In this document: positions 37,687-51,392 of the stretch, piece after piece
Layout of the letters: each line of letters starts with the position of its first letter
Position numbering within the stretch: the first letter of the stretch is position 1
NCBI RefSeq assembly: GCF_041146345.1
Contig: NW_027191417.1
Span: 1,116,001-1,180,000, forward strand
DNA length: 64,000 nucleotides
From: Neodothiora populina
Taxonomy: Eukaryota
Reading direction: 5' to 3'
The notes under the pieces: generated by a model
Told to the model about the DNA's origin: nothing
Databases searched by the model: none
What the model saw: the letters and a program-made list of their open reading frames with translations, nothing else
Translations under genes and position numbers: made by a program

Positions 37687-37928
37687 GGGAGTGTGAGACC
37701 GAAACTCCAGAAATGGAATGATGCGGCCCAGATAAACATATACTAGCTGTCAGCAGATGGATTAGTGTGTTGTCATCTTACCCCTGGCTGAATGTGCGAC
37801 AGCAAATACATTGGAATATAGATATACAGGACAGGAATATAATAATAGGAAAGACAAAAGCAGGAAAAATACTCGGCCCGAAAGGCGCAGCGTCTCAATT
37901 CGAAAGGCCATATTGTGACAATGAAACT

Positions 37929-38937
37929 TTAGAGAAAGTAGCGACTCAATATACGATCGCGGTGCTGTACAAGATTCGCGTGACTAATTAGTGCCTGGTC
38001 CAGCTCGTTCCTCTGCCACCCCATGTTTTCATCCAGCAACAGATATGTATACGCAAAGAGGCTCGCATCAAACAGGCCAGGCTCCGTCTGCGCGAAGAAC
38101 CACTCATCCTCGCCCAGCAGCGTGCTCAAGGCTTCGAATGCCTCCGTGGCCGCAATCATGAGCTCTTCTGCATCCACACACGGATTCGTCTTGCTCAACT
38201 CGTCCTGCGCCGCTTTGCGCAACTGATATGCAATAGCGGAGTTGACCAGCAGATTAGAAGACGACGGCTGCACGTACAACCTACACGCGACCGCGGCGAA
38301 GTTTGTCTTGTCGAGGTAGAGCATATACAACCAGGCGCGACGGATGCGGTCATCTATGAGTGCCATGTAGGTCTCGGCACGTAAAGGCAGGTCATGGTCA
38401 TCCTTTTGGCTGTTCTGCTCCAGAGCCCAATTGCGGATCTTCGATGATGGAATGGGAGAGGCCCGTAGTTTGTCTGTACGTGTGAATACCTCCGCAGCTG
38501 TGAGGAATGGGAGACTTCCGGATGGAGAGGCATGGTTATTGGATGCCAGAGTGCGATAGGAGACATTTCTGAATTTAAGATAGACCTAGTGATGTATTCG
38601 ATCAGCAACTGCAGTCGTAAGAGAGGGGAGACATTCGAGGACTTACCTGCCACTTCAGACATGTTGGGTTGAACGACAGAGCACCCTCTTCCGCACCTTC
38701 CGGAGTCGTCCAGATCCACAAGCAATGCTCGTCACGCCGTCGAGGAGATGTGATAGGCAGACTATTCTCTCCATATGTCACGAGCGGAAACTTGCTGAAG
38801 ACTTTCTTCACCGGCTCTGGTACGCCGATCCTGTCGCGCCAATCTCGTGCTTTGCCACTTCCATCTCGTGCTCGTCTGGGCGACGAATGCCCCTCCTCCC
38901 GAGTGGCTTCATGAGCAGCAGCAGCATCTTGCGGCAT
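37929..38937 (-). CDS. SAM35: Metaxin-like mitochondrial outer-membrane SAM complex subunit (Sam35 type, GST-like fold)
   Basis: Exons 38937-38647 and 38585-37929. Motifs VPEPVKKVFSKFPLVTY, LSFNPTCLKWQVYLKF, SNNHASPSGSLPFL, AFEALSTLLGEDEWFF..PGLFDASLFAYT. Confidence 0.8.
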
Positions 38938-39649
38938 GATCCATGTTGTACTGTAGAACTAAAAACGTCGAATGCCCGCCTTTGGCTAAACATGTAATTA
39001 CAATTTCCGAGGCTTCGTCATTGCGCGGGTCTTGGTCGCTCCGATCGCCGACGCATATTCACCGATGGCGACCCTGTCCTACCAGGAGAGCCAACATCAT
39101 GTATACCTTGTACGAGTCAACTTATACAATGCTACAGCTATGTATATGTATACATATATATCTCTTTCTCTAGCACCAGCATAAGGGGACACTTGTGCTG
39201 TCTGAAGAATTTAGAATGACCTAGTTGGTACTGACGAAATAGTAGCACCAGCCATATGGTCGATGGATAATAGGACAATTTCGTGCAAAGCAGGCCACAA
39301 CCTTTCAAGGAAGAATGAAATATGCCGGTCAGATGCATGACTAGCATCTGTGGCTCCTTGCCAATGTTCATAACGCCTTGTTCTTCCAAAATACGAGAAC
39401 TCAAGCATAGCGAACATGGAAAAGTAGGACGCAATAGCCTCTCACGTCAGATTGTCAAGTACGAAACACGCTCGAGCAGATTGCAAATTGGTGTGATTCA
39501 ATGAATGACTATGGTCAGAAACTAAAACGACGAAAAACAACTTCGAGCGGCACAATTACATGTTGGATGCAGCCAATGCGTGAGTGTCTTCACTTGGGTT
39601 GAGCCTCAACACTCGATATTCAATGAGCAACGACACACTCGCAGATGAC

Positions 39650-41415
39650 TCAGAAGAGCTTGTGCTCAAGAGTCATATCGCTTTCAGGCTCCAGGCCAAC
39701 ACATGCTCGGAAGATGTTGGTAAGAGCTCCACGCTGCTTGGCAAGAGCGTTCACGACGGGAGTACCGGGAGGAGTGAGAGGAGCCTACACATCGTTAGTG
39801 AAATCCTGCAGCCATAGATAAACAAGTAGAACGTACCTTAAGCATGTAACTGAGAATGCTGAGCACGCTATGGAAGCCCTTGTAGGAAGGCGCTCCATTG
39901 GCGTCTTCGCCAGCCACACGCCACTGGATGCGAGTCATCATCTCGGCAATGACCACGAGGTCAATGATCAACGGAGATGCCAGAAGGGAATCTTCGCATA
40001 CGTTGAACAAACTGATGGTCTGGTGTCCACCCATGAAGATCTCAGCGTAGTACTCGTCTAGAGCCCTTTTGTTGTCACCAACAGCGGGCATGTACTTGAT
40101 GACAACGCAGTGGTCCGGATGTTCACCTTCCTTGTATAGGATATTGTTCGCGGCAACCATGTCATCCACAACATTGGACTTGGAGATCTCCTTGGATCTG
40201 AACTGCTTTTGCGAGCTCAAGTTCTTGCCGTCATTGTTACCGAGGTGGTTGTAAGACGAGATCGAGGTAAGCTTGATACCAGCATTGATCAGGAAATCGA
40301 CCAAGGCTGACTTCATCTTTGTCTGCCCAGACTTGAAATCATCACCCCCGATGAATGCTCCGTATTGTTCAGCAAGCTCGATAGCACCAGGAACGAACGT
40401 GTTCTGAGGAGAGCCGTTGATGAATGGTGCACCCTCGAGGATACAAGCAATTGCAAATATGGTCGAGGGTGAGACTTCACTGTGGCCATTTCCGACCGCC
40501 TTCATCAAGTTCGCAGCAGTGTCGTTGACACCATCTACGATTTCGGCATAGCGCTCTGTGTTGGCAGTCCACTGGACAATAACCCTGTCCAACCCATTTG
40601 CCGACCTGAAATCGCTGCAGGTATTGTAAGTTTCACTGACAGTTCCCTCATCATATTTGGGAACTTACCGAATATCCTTGCGGATCTGCTCGACATGAGC
40701 CATGCTGGCCTTTGAGCCGGCAATGCAGTTGTCGGCACGATCCTCTTGATTAGCAGCAATGAAGTCAGGATAGTAGATGCTTGGGAGTGGCTTCATGGCA
40801 GCCATCTCCTCGCGAACAAGGCTTTTGAGGGTTGGTTCGAGGACGGCAGCTCGGTCCATAGAATCTGCAAGATTCATGCTGCTGATATCCCAGCCTCCGA
40901 TGGCGAGATCGTTAGGATGGACCATTGGAAGAAGATCGTGAAAAGGGACATTGATCTCTGCACCGGTCTTTGCATCTGTACCAAGTTTGATAGTAGAAGC
41001 CATAACGACAGAACCATAGTAGTTCGCCGCTTGCTCCCCTGTGCGCGTAGCCCAGGTGAGGCCATCACGATTGGCGATGATACCAGCGGTCACAGTAGAC
41101 CCGTTGTTTCCTATAGGATGCCATGAGATAGATGAAACTTCACAAGTCACGGGTGCACGAACCTCCCCAACCGACAAGCATCATGCCAACCTTGCCTACT
41201 TTACGGTCGACCTTGAAATCATACGCTACCTCCTTCGGGATAGCAATGTACTGGCCATTATCACCACGAGAGACATCGGTAGTTCTGTAGCGATACTTGC
41301 TTCGAATCTCATCATCAGTGTAGGTCACGTTAGGTGACTGCACCACGAAGAGAGGACGCTTCGACTCCACCCCTTGCAAGCCCTGCACAGGGCCGTCATC
41401 GGCGTGCGGTGCCAT
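39650..41415 (-). CDS. INO1: Myo-inositol-1-phosphate synthase
   Basis: Exons 41415-41163, 41110-40668, 40614-39837, 39784-39650. Hallmark motifs [36 protein letters not shown] and C-terminal MTLEHKLF*. Confidence 0.97.
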
Positions 41416-43398
41416 TTTCAAAGTCCAAGTCTTTGTTCAAGTATATGTCAATATTTGACAATATGCCTTACTTGACGTATGGACAATCCGACGCGCCTCC
41501 GGCAGGGGAAGTGCGACGGCCTGCAAAGGGGTGGTGAACGCTGTTACGGTCAGTCTCACATACTACGAGCAGGGAGTAGACGCTTCCTACGAGTTTAGAA
41601 GATTGGAAAACGTCTTTGCGACAGGGTCGTTGATGACCCTTAGACTGATTGAAAGGTGTTTTCTGGAGCTGCTAAGAGCTTTGGGATTCTGTAGATTTTC
41701 TGGATGTCTTGTGGTTTGGGTGATTCCGGAGGAGGCGGAAGGGTTCTGGGGGTCTTTAAAGGAACATATAGGTATTCAGGCACCAGTCAATCGAACGTTC
41801 ACCTGGGGCGGTCCCCCGCGTTGACTTGCCTCCGCATCTCCCCGCGTCCTTACGATTCATGGACGTGTGTGGTTATGCGGATATGGCACACGTTGCGAGA
41901 CCCACTCGGCTCGGGTTTTCAGTTGCCGGGACCTGAGCAAGATTGATGTTGACCATTCTTTGTTGAGAAGGCATCATGCCAGCATGAGTAAAGTGTCTTG
42001 GGCACAAGAATGAAAAGTCTTATTCTGGTCGCCAAGAAGCATCGTCACAAGGATCAAGCAGGGTCTCTTGAGGTACAGTATGTTGAAGGCAGAACTTCGA
42101 TATGGAACTTCGATATGTTGTCCCTGATCTCTCACGTATGCACAGAAATCGTATCCCCTCTACAAAACCCCTTCTTCTCTTCCTCCCGCCTCCTCTCTGT
42201 CTTCCTCATGAGTAACATTATCATGCACTGAAAGGCACTTATGCAGATGAGCCCAGGCTAGACCTGCATACATATTTGCACGTGATGCATACTCGTGGTA
42301 ATTGGCAACCATATAAAGGTACACGAAGTACACGACGGTGGCAATATAAGATAACCAATCAGCATCAGCGTCCGTATTCGGCGGCCGATGTCTTGTGGCG
42401 CCGCATAAGGAACCGTGAACGTTGACATCCCGTGCCTTAGGCGCCCTTTTCGCGGATTGATAGAGGTTTTGGCGCTTCCCAGACGACGCCATGAAATGAG
42501 TCGTCATAATTGGCTCTACACTGCTCCAGTCAACAATATATATTAAGCCTGCATGACTACTACAGATAGTCGAAGACTCGGTACACTGCTTGAACGTGAA
42601 TCAACCGGCCTTCCATTAGTCCAATCACTGTGTGGAGTCATGGTATCATTTCGCGAGATCAACAAGCGATCACAGGTGATATTCAGGAGCACAGAAGATT
42701 CAGACCCTGATTTACTGCTTAAATCTCAGCATTACTCAAGCTAGCAATGCCACTGTGAGCAAAAGGGCCAAAGCTCAAGGCTTTGACCAAGCACCAATGC
42801 AATTTACAGGAAATGAAATTGGACGTTCTAAACCCAATGTTGTTGGCATCTGCACATGCGACAGTCCTCAATTGTTCTTGAGCTATTTCGCGCCTCTGGC
42901 CGTGAGAGTAAGGAAGGTATTGTGCCACAGATCTGATATTCATATTCTAATTGCTGCTTCTCCCTCCGCTACTGATATCTCACATCTGTATCTCACTTGC
43001 CATTTTCCTTAGTCTCTAATTTGTGGTGTTGCATACTCTATTTCCTATATTTGTTCTCTAATCTTTGTCCAGAGTATTCTTTAATGTTTCTTTGCACGTA
43101 ATTCGGTCGAGTCTCCGCACCGTTCAGCATTTCTGGTTTATACGAAGCTAGGGGTGAAGCACAGCACACGGCATACAAGTTTCAACGGTTCAGGAACAGT
43201 TACTTCCTCCAGCGACACCCTCGTGGCAGTCGAGCTGTTGTTTTGTTTGCGGTCTTTGTGTAAGGCTACTCTACAAGGGTGTTCGACATCATTGACCAGT
43301 TCCCATTTCTTTGCCGTGAGATATACACGTACGAGCAACAGAGGACTTGATATCGCATTGGTACCGAAGGTCGTGTGACTCGGTTGGTCAGGCAGGGC

Positions 43399-45586
43399 AT
43401 GATGGAAACTCGTCCAACAAGCATTCTGCCCGCAATAAAATGCTCCACCTGCGGAGAAGAGATAGAGATCTCATCGATGGGCGAGCATGTGTGTTCTACT
43501 TCGCGAGGGAATGCACTGGATGTAGGACCATTGGATGTCATGGTCTCGAATGCACAACAACACCCGGGCCCTTCCTCAGACATTCCTATATTAGCATCGT
43601 CTCCAGAAAAACAAAGCTATCAACGCACAACTTCCCCTACGATCAGTAACGCAAGCCCAACTCGGGTGAGACCTCCGAGGGTTGGCCCACCAAGAATCGA
43701 TTCGGCTGCAGCAAGTGCGTATGACTCCAATGTAGCGTGGACAATATCCGCTGACTCAGATGTGTTCAGATAAGCCATATATGCGAGGCGACTCACTTAG
43801 ACCCGAAGACCAAGCGATTGCTGGTGCTAGATCTCCTAGAAGTCCTCATGGATTCACTCGGCCGCCGCCAATGCGAAGTCTTACGAGCCCTGTGCCGCAG
43901 ATCCACAGACCTCGATCGAAATCACCCCAACTCTCTTCGAACCTAGACTGCGCTTTCCCTCCGTTCCCAACTAGCCGATCATCGTCGACTCCGAAGCCAA
44001 GCAAGACGAACGCGTCCGGTCAAGGAGGGGGCTCAGATTACTCCACGACACTCCATGCAGAGCCCGAAACTTACATCGGACCGAGAAGTCCAAGGTTGAC
44101 AGGAGGCGCGGATGTGGTGCAGAGGCTTAATACCATCGCTCATGGACCCTTTGATGCCAGACGTCGCGCGAGTGATGAAGCATCGAGCAACAAATCAAAA
44201 TCGCCGTCATTGGTGCAGGTCTCTAGTCCGACCGTCTCGGAAAAAGAAGTGGTTGGCACGCCGAGCACATCGCAATATGGCCTATCTCGACAACATACAG
44301 CTCCTGCTTTTGTAGCCGTAGCACCCCCTACGAACAGCGAAGGAAAGCCGGTACCTCAGCGACCAGTGCGGCCCGAGCCTCTGGATGGATTTCTAGCCAT
44401 GCTTAAAGCCGAATCAGAGGGAATGCCTAAGGTAGCAGCAGTAGACATGGCTCGACCGAGCTCTCGATCCAGGACAACACCCCCAGCAGTACAAGCCAAT
44501 GGTACAGCTCTTACTGTGGAGTCAAGTACTCGAAAGCAAGATGTCGTATCACCCTTGCCACCCCTGTCTACAGTACAAGCACTCTCGTACAAGAACACTG
44601 TGCACACTCCATCGGATTCTGCTTCTTCTACCTCGTCCACAAGGAGTTACACTGGTAGCGGTTTTAGGTCCGACTTGAGCCCTCCAATCTCAGCAACTTC
44701 CAGCGTATCAATGCTTTCGTCAACACTCGGGGACCTTTCTTTTGAACAAGATCCCTCCATAATGATTACAGATTTGACCTCGACAAGCCAATCGATACTA
44801 TTGCATGATGGGAGCGCTGAAGCAAGGAAGATGCCCGAGCCACTCGCACCGCACTTCAATGCACCGTCTTTCCCTATGGCTGAACGCCTCGAGCTTCCCG
44901 GATCACCTGTTGTATCTGTACCTGCGTCTCACGGCACTTGGAACCACTCACGAAGCCCTTCACCGGCACCTTCGAGCCCCTTGCCGCTCATACCTTTGTC
45001 GCGAGGACCAGGAAACCCAGATGTATCCATTGACGGCCTAAACGTGCAGAGGCCGTCCTCAGCCAAACGACCGGGCACAGCGACAAAGCACCATTGTAGA
45101 GGCTGCAAAGAGCCGATTGTGGGAAAGTCCGTCAAAGCAGCTGACGGACGTCTGACAGGCCGTTATCACAAGCACTGTAAGTACCTGCACACGAGCAGAA
45201 AGCGTAGACGATTGCTAACGTATGTAGGTTTTGTCTGCAAAACTTGCCAATCTCCTTTTGCAACTGCGGATTTCTATGTCATCAACAACGATCCGTACTG
45301 CGAGCAACATTACCATCAGCTCAACGGATCGCTATGTTCAAAATGCAATCTTGGCATTGAAGGTCCCTATCTGGAGACCCAACAAGGACAGAAGAAGTTT
45401 CATCTGGACTGTTTCACATGCCATTGCTGCCATAAAGTGCTCAGTGACGATTACTTCGAGATTGCCGGCACCGTCTATTGTGAACAGCATGCATTCACGG
45501 AACTCCGCCGCCAAGAAGGACTCGGACCCAAGAGAAACATGGAGCGCAGAACAACAAGACTTATGATGATGGGACCTGGCCTATGA
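43399..45586 (+). CDS. LIM-domain protein (paxillin/Pxl1-like) with two C-terminal LIM domains
   Basis: Exons 43399-43714, 43770-45176, 45228-45586. CRGC..GRYHKHCFVCKTC..PYCEQHYH and CSKC..FHLDCFTCHCC..YCEQH; C-terminus MERRTTRLMMM. Confidence 0.88.
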
Positions 45587-48158
45587 TGACGTGAGATGCA
45601 TTTCAGAGCATTGCATTCAAGATCTAACGTCCGAGTATCATTTACTACATTTTTCGTTCCAGCAAGCCTTTCTTTTGCCATTTCGACACCCGCTGGACGA
45701 TGTTATCTTTCGACAACCCTCTCTCTTTTCATTTGTGTCCTCGGACCTGGCCCGAGGCTTGCTTATGTTCTCGCCTTCATTTTGTTTCACTTCTAAGATA
45801 CCCCTGTTATATGCATGGCCGGCTCGGTGCGATTACATGTATTGTTTCAACTTTCAACATTGCGACTTAAACATAGCATAATGTCTCATTGACTAGAACT
45901 CATATCGAACCACCATAACTACTAGCAAATTGCCAAGTCAGATTTCTCTTGATCTCGTATTACACGAACGCTCAATTGTTTTGCAACATACAGTATCTAC
46001 CGCGTCGCGTGCATAGACCTGAAGTGACGACTATAGAGTCACAACACTGGTACAACGACAACATTACAGACCTCTTAAACCCTGTTGGAAGGCGGGACAG
46101 CAACATGTCATAGCAGTATCAAGTCTATTTAGACGTGCAGTATAAGAGACGACAGCTAGGTCGATCGACAAAGCGTTCGAGCAAGGATGACTTGGCGAAT
46201 GTCTCAGGGTCGTATCGTAAGATGCACTGGATAACCCATTCCCGGAGATAGCGAATCACAACGTAGCGCAGATGAAGCAAGAGATACTGTATCACGATGA
46301 TGAATTTGAAGACGAGACAAGTCAATGCTCGGTGCGTTTCGGACAGAGTCCTGAGAACCGCAGTATACCCAGTGGAGCTAAATGTCAGCTAAAGTCCGAG
46401 GGTCGATAAGGTCACTGACAGAAGATTACATGGGCCAATTCGCCGCGGCAAGTGACAAGAGATAATTTCGAATGAATCGTATCGAGTCAACTAGGGCGTA
46501 GACTGCGCTTTCTAGAAAGACCTGGTGCCGAGTCAACACATGTTCAATGGCTGGACTAAGCAGGATTCGAGACGGTCTTGTGGGAAGAGGTGGTGCTATA
46601 AACTTTTCAAGACCGAAAGTCCGAGCTCTGGAAATTAAACAAGGAAGCCACATTTACGATGGAGCACACGCAAATGTGGTTCGCCATCTTACTGAGCGCG
46701 ACCAATTTACTCGTATAGTCGTAGTGGGAAAAAATCAGCCTCCGTGCCATCTCCCTCGATAGGGCTCATCCAGTGCTGGGCGTGATCTTTTGGTCAGGAA
46801 AGTGGATATGCACAGCGACACAATTTGGTGGTGCACAGTCTGGAGCATCGGGGTGTAGATACAATATAGCAGTCGTGTTATAGGTAATTACATGGGCCGG
46901 GCGGATCAACATCGGAAACAGGCGTACAGAACATGACACCATGATCGAGGGTTAATAATAGTCTCTCCTGCCTGGCAGTAACAGCATGTACTGTGCTGCA
47001 GGCGTACACAGGGCAATCGACTGGAATAGTCAAGCTGCAGTGGTGATGGACAGGCTGCATAAATTGATGGCACTCGAGTACATGGACTACTAGAGTATTA
47101 GCTCACGCTTGAGGAGTTCGACTTGCGGGTGAAGAGCGATCGGCGCGGCGTTTCACACTTCAGCTAGCGCGCAATTCGGCAAGCAGCCCCTTTTGAGAAG
47201 AGAAGGCCAGTGAAAGCAGTAGTGAGGGTCAGTGAGAGGCAGCAAGTGAAGAGCCAACCATTGTCCGTTCGCCGATTGAGATTCGTCCGTTCTGTTTGGA
47301 GGTTGCACTGCAGCAGAGAGACCCAGCCTCTGTCTTCCTTGCCTCTGCGCTATCCGACAGTCCAGCCCGTCCGTTTCTCTCCACTACAAACCAACTACCA
47401 CTGAACCCACAGTCTGGTTTTTGTGTCTTTCTGCTTTTGATTCTTGTATCACACTATACTTGACCTTTTTGACACTTTTTTTGTCTTTTCGCCGTTGCGG
47501 CTCTGCCCTCACTACCTATCTGATTCTCTCTCTCTCTATCTCTGTCTTCTATTCTCACGTTTCCTCTCCGTTCTCGCCGTCATCGTCCGCCACATTCGGG
47601 TCTCACCACATCGATCCACGCTTCAGAGGTCCTTCAACCATCCTGCTGTATCAACAGTAGTTTCTAACCATCCCGCATCTACTTCTGCCGCGTCGCTGCG
47701 CTACAGCATTGAATTGCGGCGCACAAGTCGACTCTTTTGTAGTACCATCAGCTGTCGCAGACCAAGGTCGGTAATTGTTCATATCTCCTTCTAGCCTCCA
47801 CTCGTATAGCATTGTGTCAACAGCCTGGCCGTTTTCGCCTGGTCCAGTCCGTGCATAAGACGCGCGAGACGTTTTTCTCCAGCCAGCGAACGCGCTTGTG
47901 TCCTTGGGGGGTGACGGCGCTTGCTTTTTACACCGTGTCTTTTCAGTTCTGGTACTGTTGCCGCTTTGACTGTTCCTTCCTATCTCATCTTCGCTGCGAT
48001 CCGAGCCGCCGACCCTCGATCTCATTTTACAACTTCACATTTCCAATCCAACGACAATTGATCTCGCAAAGGCGCATGACGCGTGCTGACTCTTTTGACC
48101 TTGACAGCGTCTCAGTAATCACGCGCAACACCCGCCGATCGTCGTCCGCCACGCTAAA

Positions 48159-49407
48159 ATGGGTTGCGGAATGAGCACAGAGGACAAGGAGGGGAAGCAG
48201 AGGAACGAGGAGATCGAGAATCAGTTGAAGAAGGACCGCATGATGCAAAGGAACGAGATCAAGATGCTACTACTAGGTCCGTCGCGCGGTCGCCTTGCAG
48301 CCCTGCGAGCGGCGCTTCTTGCTAACACGGCTTGACAGGTGCCGGAGAGTCTGGAAAATCGACCATTCTCAAACAGATGAAACTCATCCACGAGGGAGGT
48401 TATTCGCGGGACGAGAGGGAGTCATTCAAGGAGATCATCTTCAGCAACACCGTCCAGTCGATGCGTGTGATCCTTGAAGCTATGGAGTCGCTCGAACTGC
48501 CGCTTGACGACCAGAGAGCCGAATATCACGTCCAGACCATCTTCATGCAGCCCGCACAGATCGAAGGCGACAACCTTCCTCCGGAGGTCGGAAATGCCAT
48601 TGCCGTGCTCTGGAAGGATGCCGGTGTTCAACAATGCTTCCAAAGGTCGAGAGAATACCAGTTGAACGACTCGGCCAAATAGTACGTCATCTTTGTGACC
48701 GTGCCGCTGCCCACGCGGACTTTTGGGACAAAATGTCTAATCTCTTTGTTACAGCTACTTCGACTCCATAGACCGTATCGCTCAGCCTGACTACATCCCC
48801 AACGATCAAGATGTCCTCAGATCAAGAGTCAAGACCACGGGTATCACCGAGACCACCTTCATCATTGGCGATCTGACCTACCGAATGTTCGATGTTGGTG
48901 GACAACGATCTGAACGTAAGAAGTGGATTCACTGCTTCGAGAACGTCACCACAATTCTCTTCTTGGTCGCCATTTCAGAATACGACCAGCTGCTCTTCGA
49001 GGACGAAACGGTCAACCGTATGCAAGAAGCTTTGACCCTCTTCGACAGCATTTGCAACTCACGCTGGTTCGTCAAGACCAGCATAATTCTCTTCCTCAAC
49101 AAGATCGATCGCTTCAAGGAGAAGCTTCCTGTCAGCCCCATGAAGAACTACTTCCCCGACTACGAGGGAGGTCCGGATTACGCTGCTGCATGTGACTACA
49201 TCCTGAACCGATTCGTGAGCCTCAACCAGCACGAAACCAAGCAGATCTATACCCACTTCACCTGCGCAACGGATACGATGCAGATCCGTTTCGTCATGGC
49301 CGCTGTCAATGGTACGTCTTCAGAGTCCCTATTGCACGTTTCAATGTCTAACAAGCATCACAGATATCATTATTCAAGAGAACCTCCGGCTGGCCGGTCT
49401 GATATAA
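48159..49407 (+). CDS. fadA: Heterotrimeric G-protein alpha subunit, fungal group I (FadA/GNA-1 type), 353 aa
   Basis: Exons 48159-48276, 48339-48681, 48755-49311, 49364-49407 total 1062 nt. MGCGMS myristoylation/palmitoylation site, [37 protein letters not shown]. Confidence 0.97.
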
Positions 49408-51392
49408 TAGGGCTTCTCACTGTTCAGGAGGTCGGGAACGTCTCTTCTCGATCTCAGATCCAAAAGGCATAAAAGTATACCATCTCAGAGCGCAGAATAG
49501 GGTTTTTATAATTTGTCCTGCTACGATTCCGATGGAGGACAGCGAGTCGACCAGGCATCGGCGGCCTCGCCGGCGATAAGGGCCCGCCGCACATGTTTCC
49601 CACGGTACATTTTAATCATTAGCTTAAAGCAAAAGGACGGTCAACAGAGCAGACCTGTCCGTGGCAGTGGGAGCTATCAATGCGACTTGGGCTGTCGCTT
49701 CTCATGGGCGGTCATATTCCTTCGCACCTGATCCATGACGGCGCAGCGGCGGCAGCATAGCTCAGTGCTGGCAAAGCGAAGGCCAGCGTCATCCTTCTTT
49801 CCACTTTTTCTTTTTCTTTTCTCCTTTTCTGTTCAAAGCATGATTCCCTATCTGTTGGCCCTTTTCACCATGTATCTCACAATGCTATAATCGTTTCTTT
49901 ATCCTTCAATGATCGATTACCGAATGTGTCATATGCAGGTGCTACGTTTGCCTTCATCATGTGGATTATAAGAAACGGGGAGCAATTGCACATCCAAGTA
50001 TGCATGACTTTCCATGAAATGTTGATTGTGAAAAATAGCAGTGTACCTCGTTCAGTCAGATGTTAGAAAGAGATATTGCAATAGGTCTTCAACAAGTCAT
50101 GGACGGTTGTCGTGGCCTGAGGCTTTCCGTAACGGGAAATGCACCAGCACAAGTGTGTGTGGAGAGAGGGACAGAGCTGACAGAAGCACATCCCTGTTCT
50201 GGTGCAAAGCCTCGATCCAGATCGTCAGGGCAGGAAAAGCACTGCTCTTTACATTGCCGGATTCCAGGGCCGTAGATTTCGCAATTTGTGGTATTACCTA
50301 CTATGCACTTGCTATTTGCTCAAAGTCTAAAATTTGAGTTGGCACCCCCCAGTACATACCTACCTTAGTACATCAGTCCATAATTAGTACAAGTACTTGT
50401 ACCTTGCCTCTTTATGATGCCAAGTCTTGAGTACCTGAGGTAAGGTAGTCGGGCATCACCATCAGCACCGCAGCTTTTGGTGTAGGATCGGATCATTCGC
50501 ACGAGTATGGCACATTACACCATGAACGTACCCGCGCGTCGACGTCCTGCCAATACTCGGCACAACCACAGTGCATCAAAACGAGCACCATTTCTGATTC
50601 AGGAGTCGCGTCCAGACAAGTGTCAGCATCACCAGCAGCAGCAGAAACAGCACCAGGCCGACCGTTTGCGCAGTAGCACAGCGGGTAGGAGGCTCAAGCC
50701 TCTACAACGAACCCTCGCTTGTCGTTGCCCCACCATTCTGGAGCCCCATAGTTTTGGTTTCTGCTGGGCTGGGGGAGGAAGCATGTGAGAGGAGGGGCCT
50801 CCGCAGATATTGGGTGGTGCCTCTTTTCCCATGGGCGGTGGGCGGGCGGCTACAAACGATCGCCACCGACGTAGACATCAGTTGAGCCGCATTATCGCGT
50901 CCTGGCCCTTTTTTTTTTTTTTTTTTGGTTTGGCCCCTCCCTCTGGTTGCTTGCATCGCGCTTGTCTTGGGCGGAAGAGGCTTTCTTGCGCGCTCAACAG
51001 TTGCGATGGCTCCGGATGAGGGTTGTGGGTTGGGCGATGGGCGTGGTAGAGAGATGACGATGCTCTCATCGCGATTTCCAACCTTGCCGCTACTGGCGTT
51101 GATCGAAGTAAGGTAAGTATAAAAAGGTTGGGGTTTCCCCCTCATGACTGGGTTTTGTTCTTCGCCAATCGATTGCTGTGTGTGTTGCTGTCGCTGTTGT
51201 TTCTCCGTGACATTCATACTATCTACTGGTTGCATCTTCGATTCACTACACAACAATACCTCATAATCCCCACTTTATTTCTTTTGCTCCTATCTGGTCC
51301 ACTTTTACCTCTGAAGGGCCTTGTTCAGTGGTTATATATTCCAAGCCTTCGACACAACGCAGGTTCTTCTGGGAAATTTTCTATAGACAACT

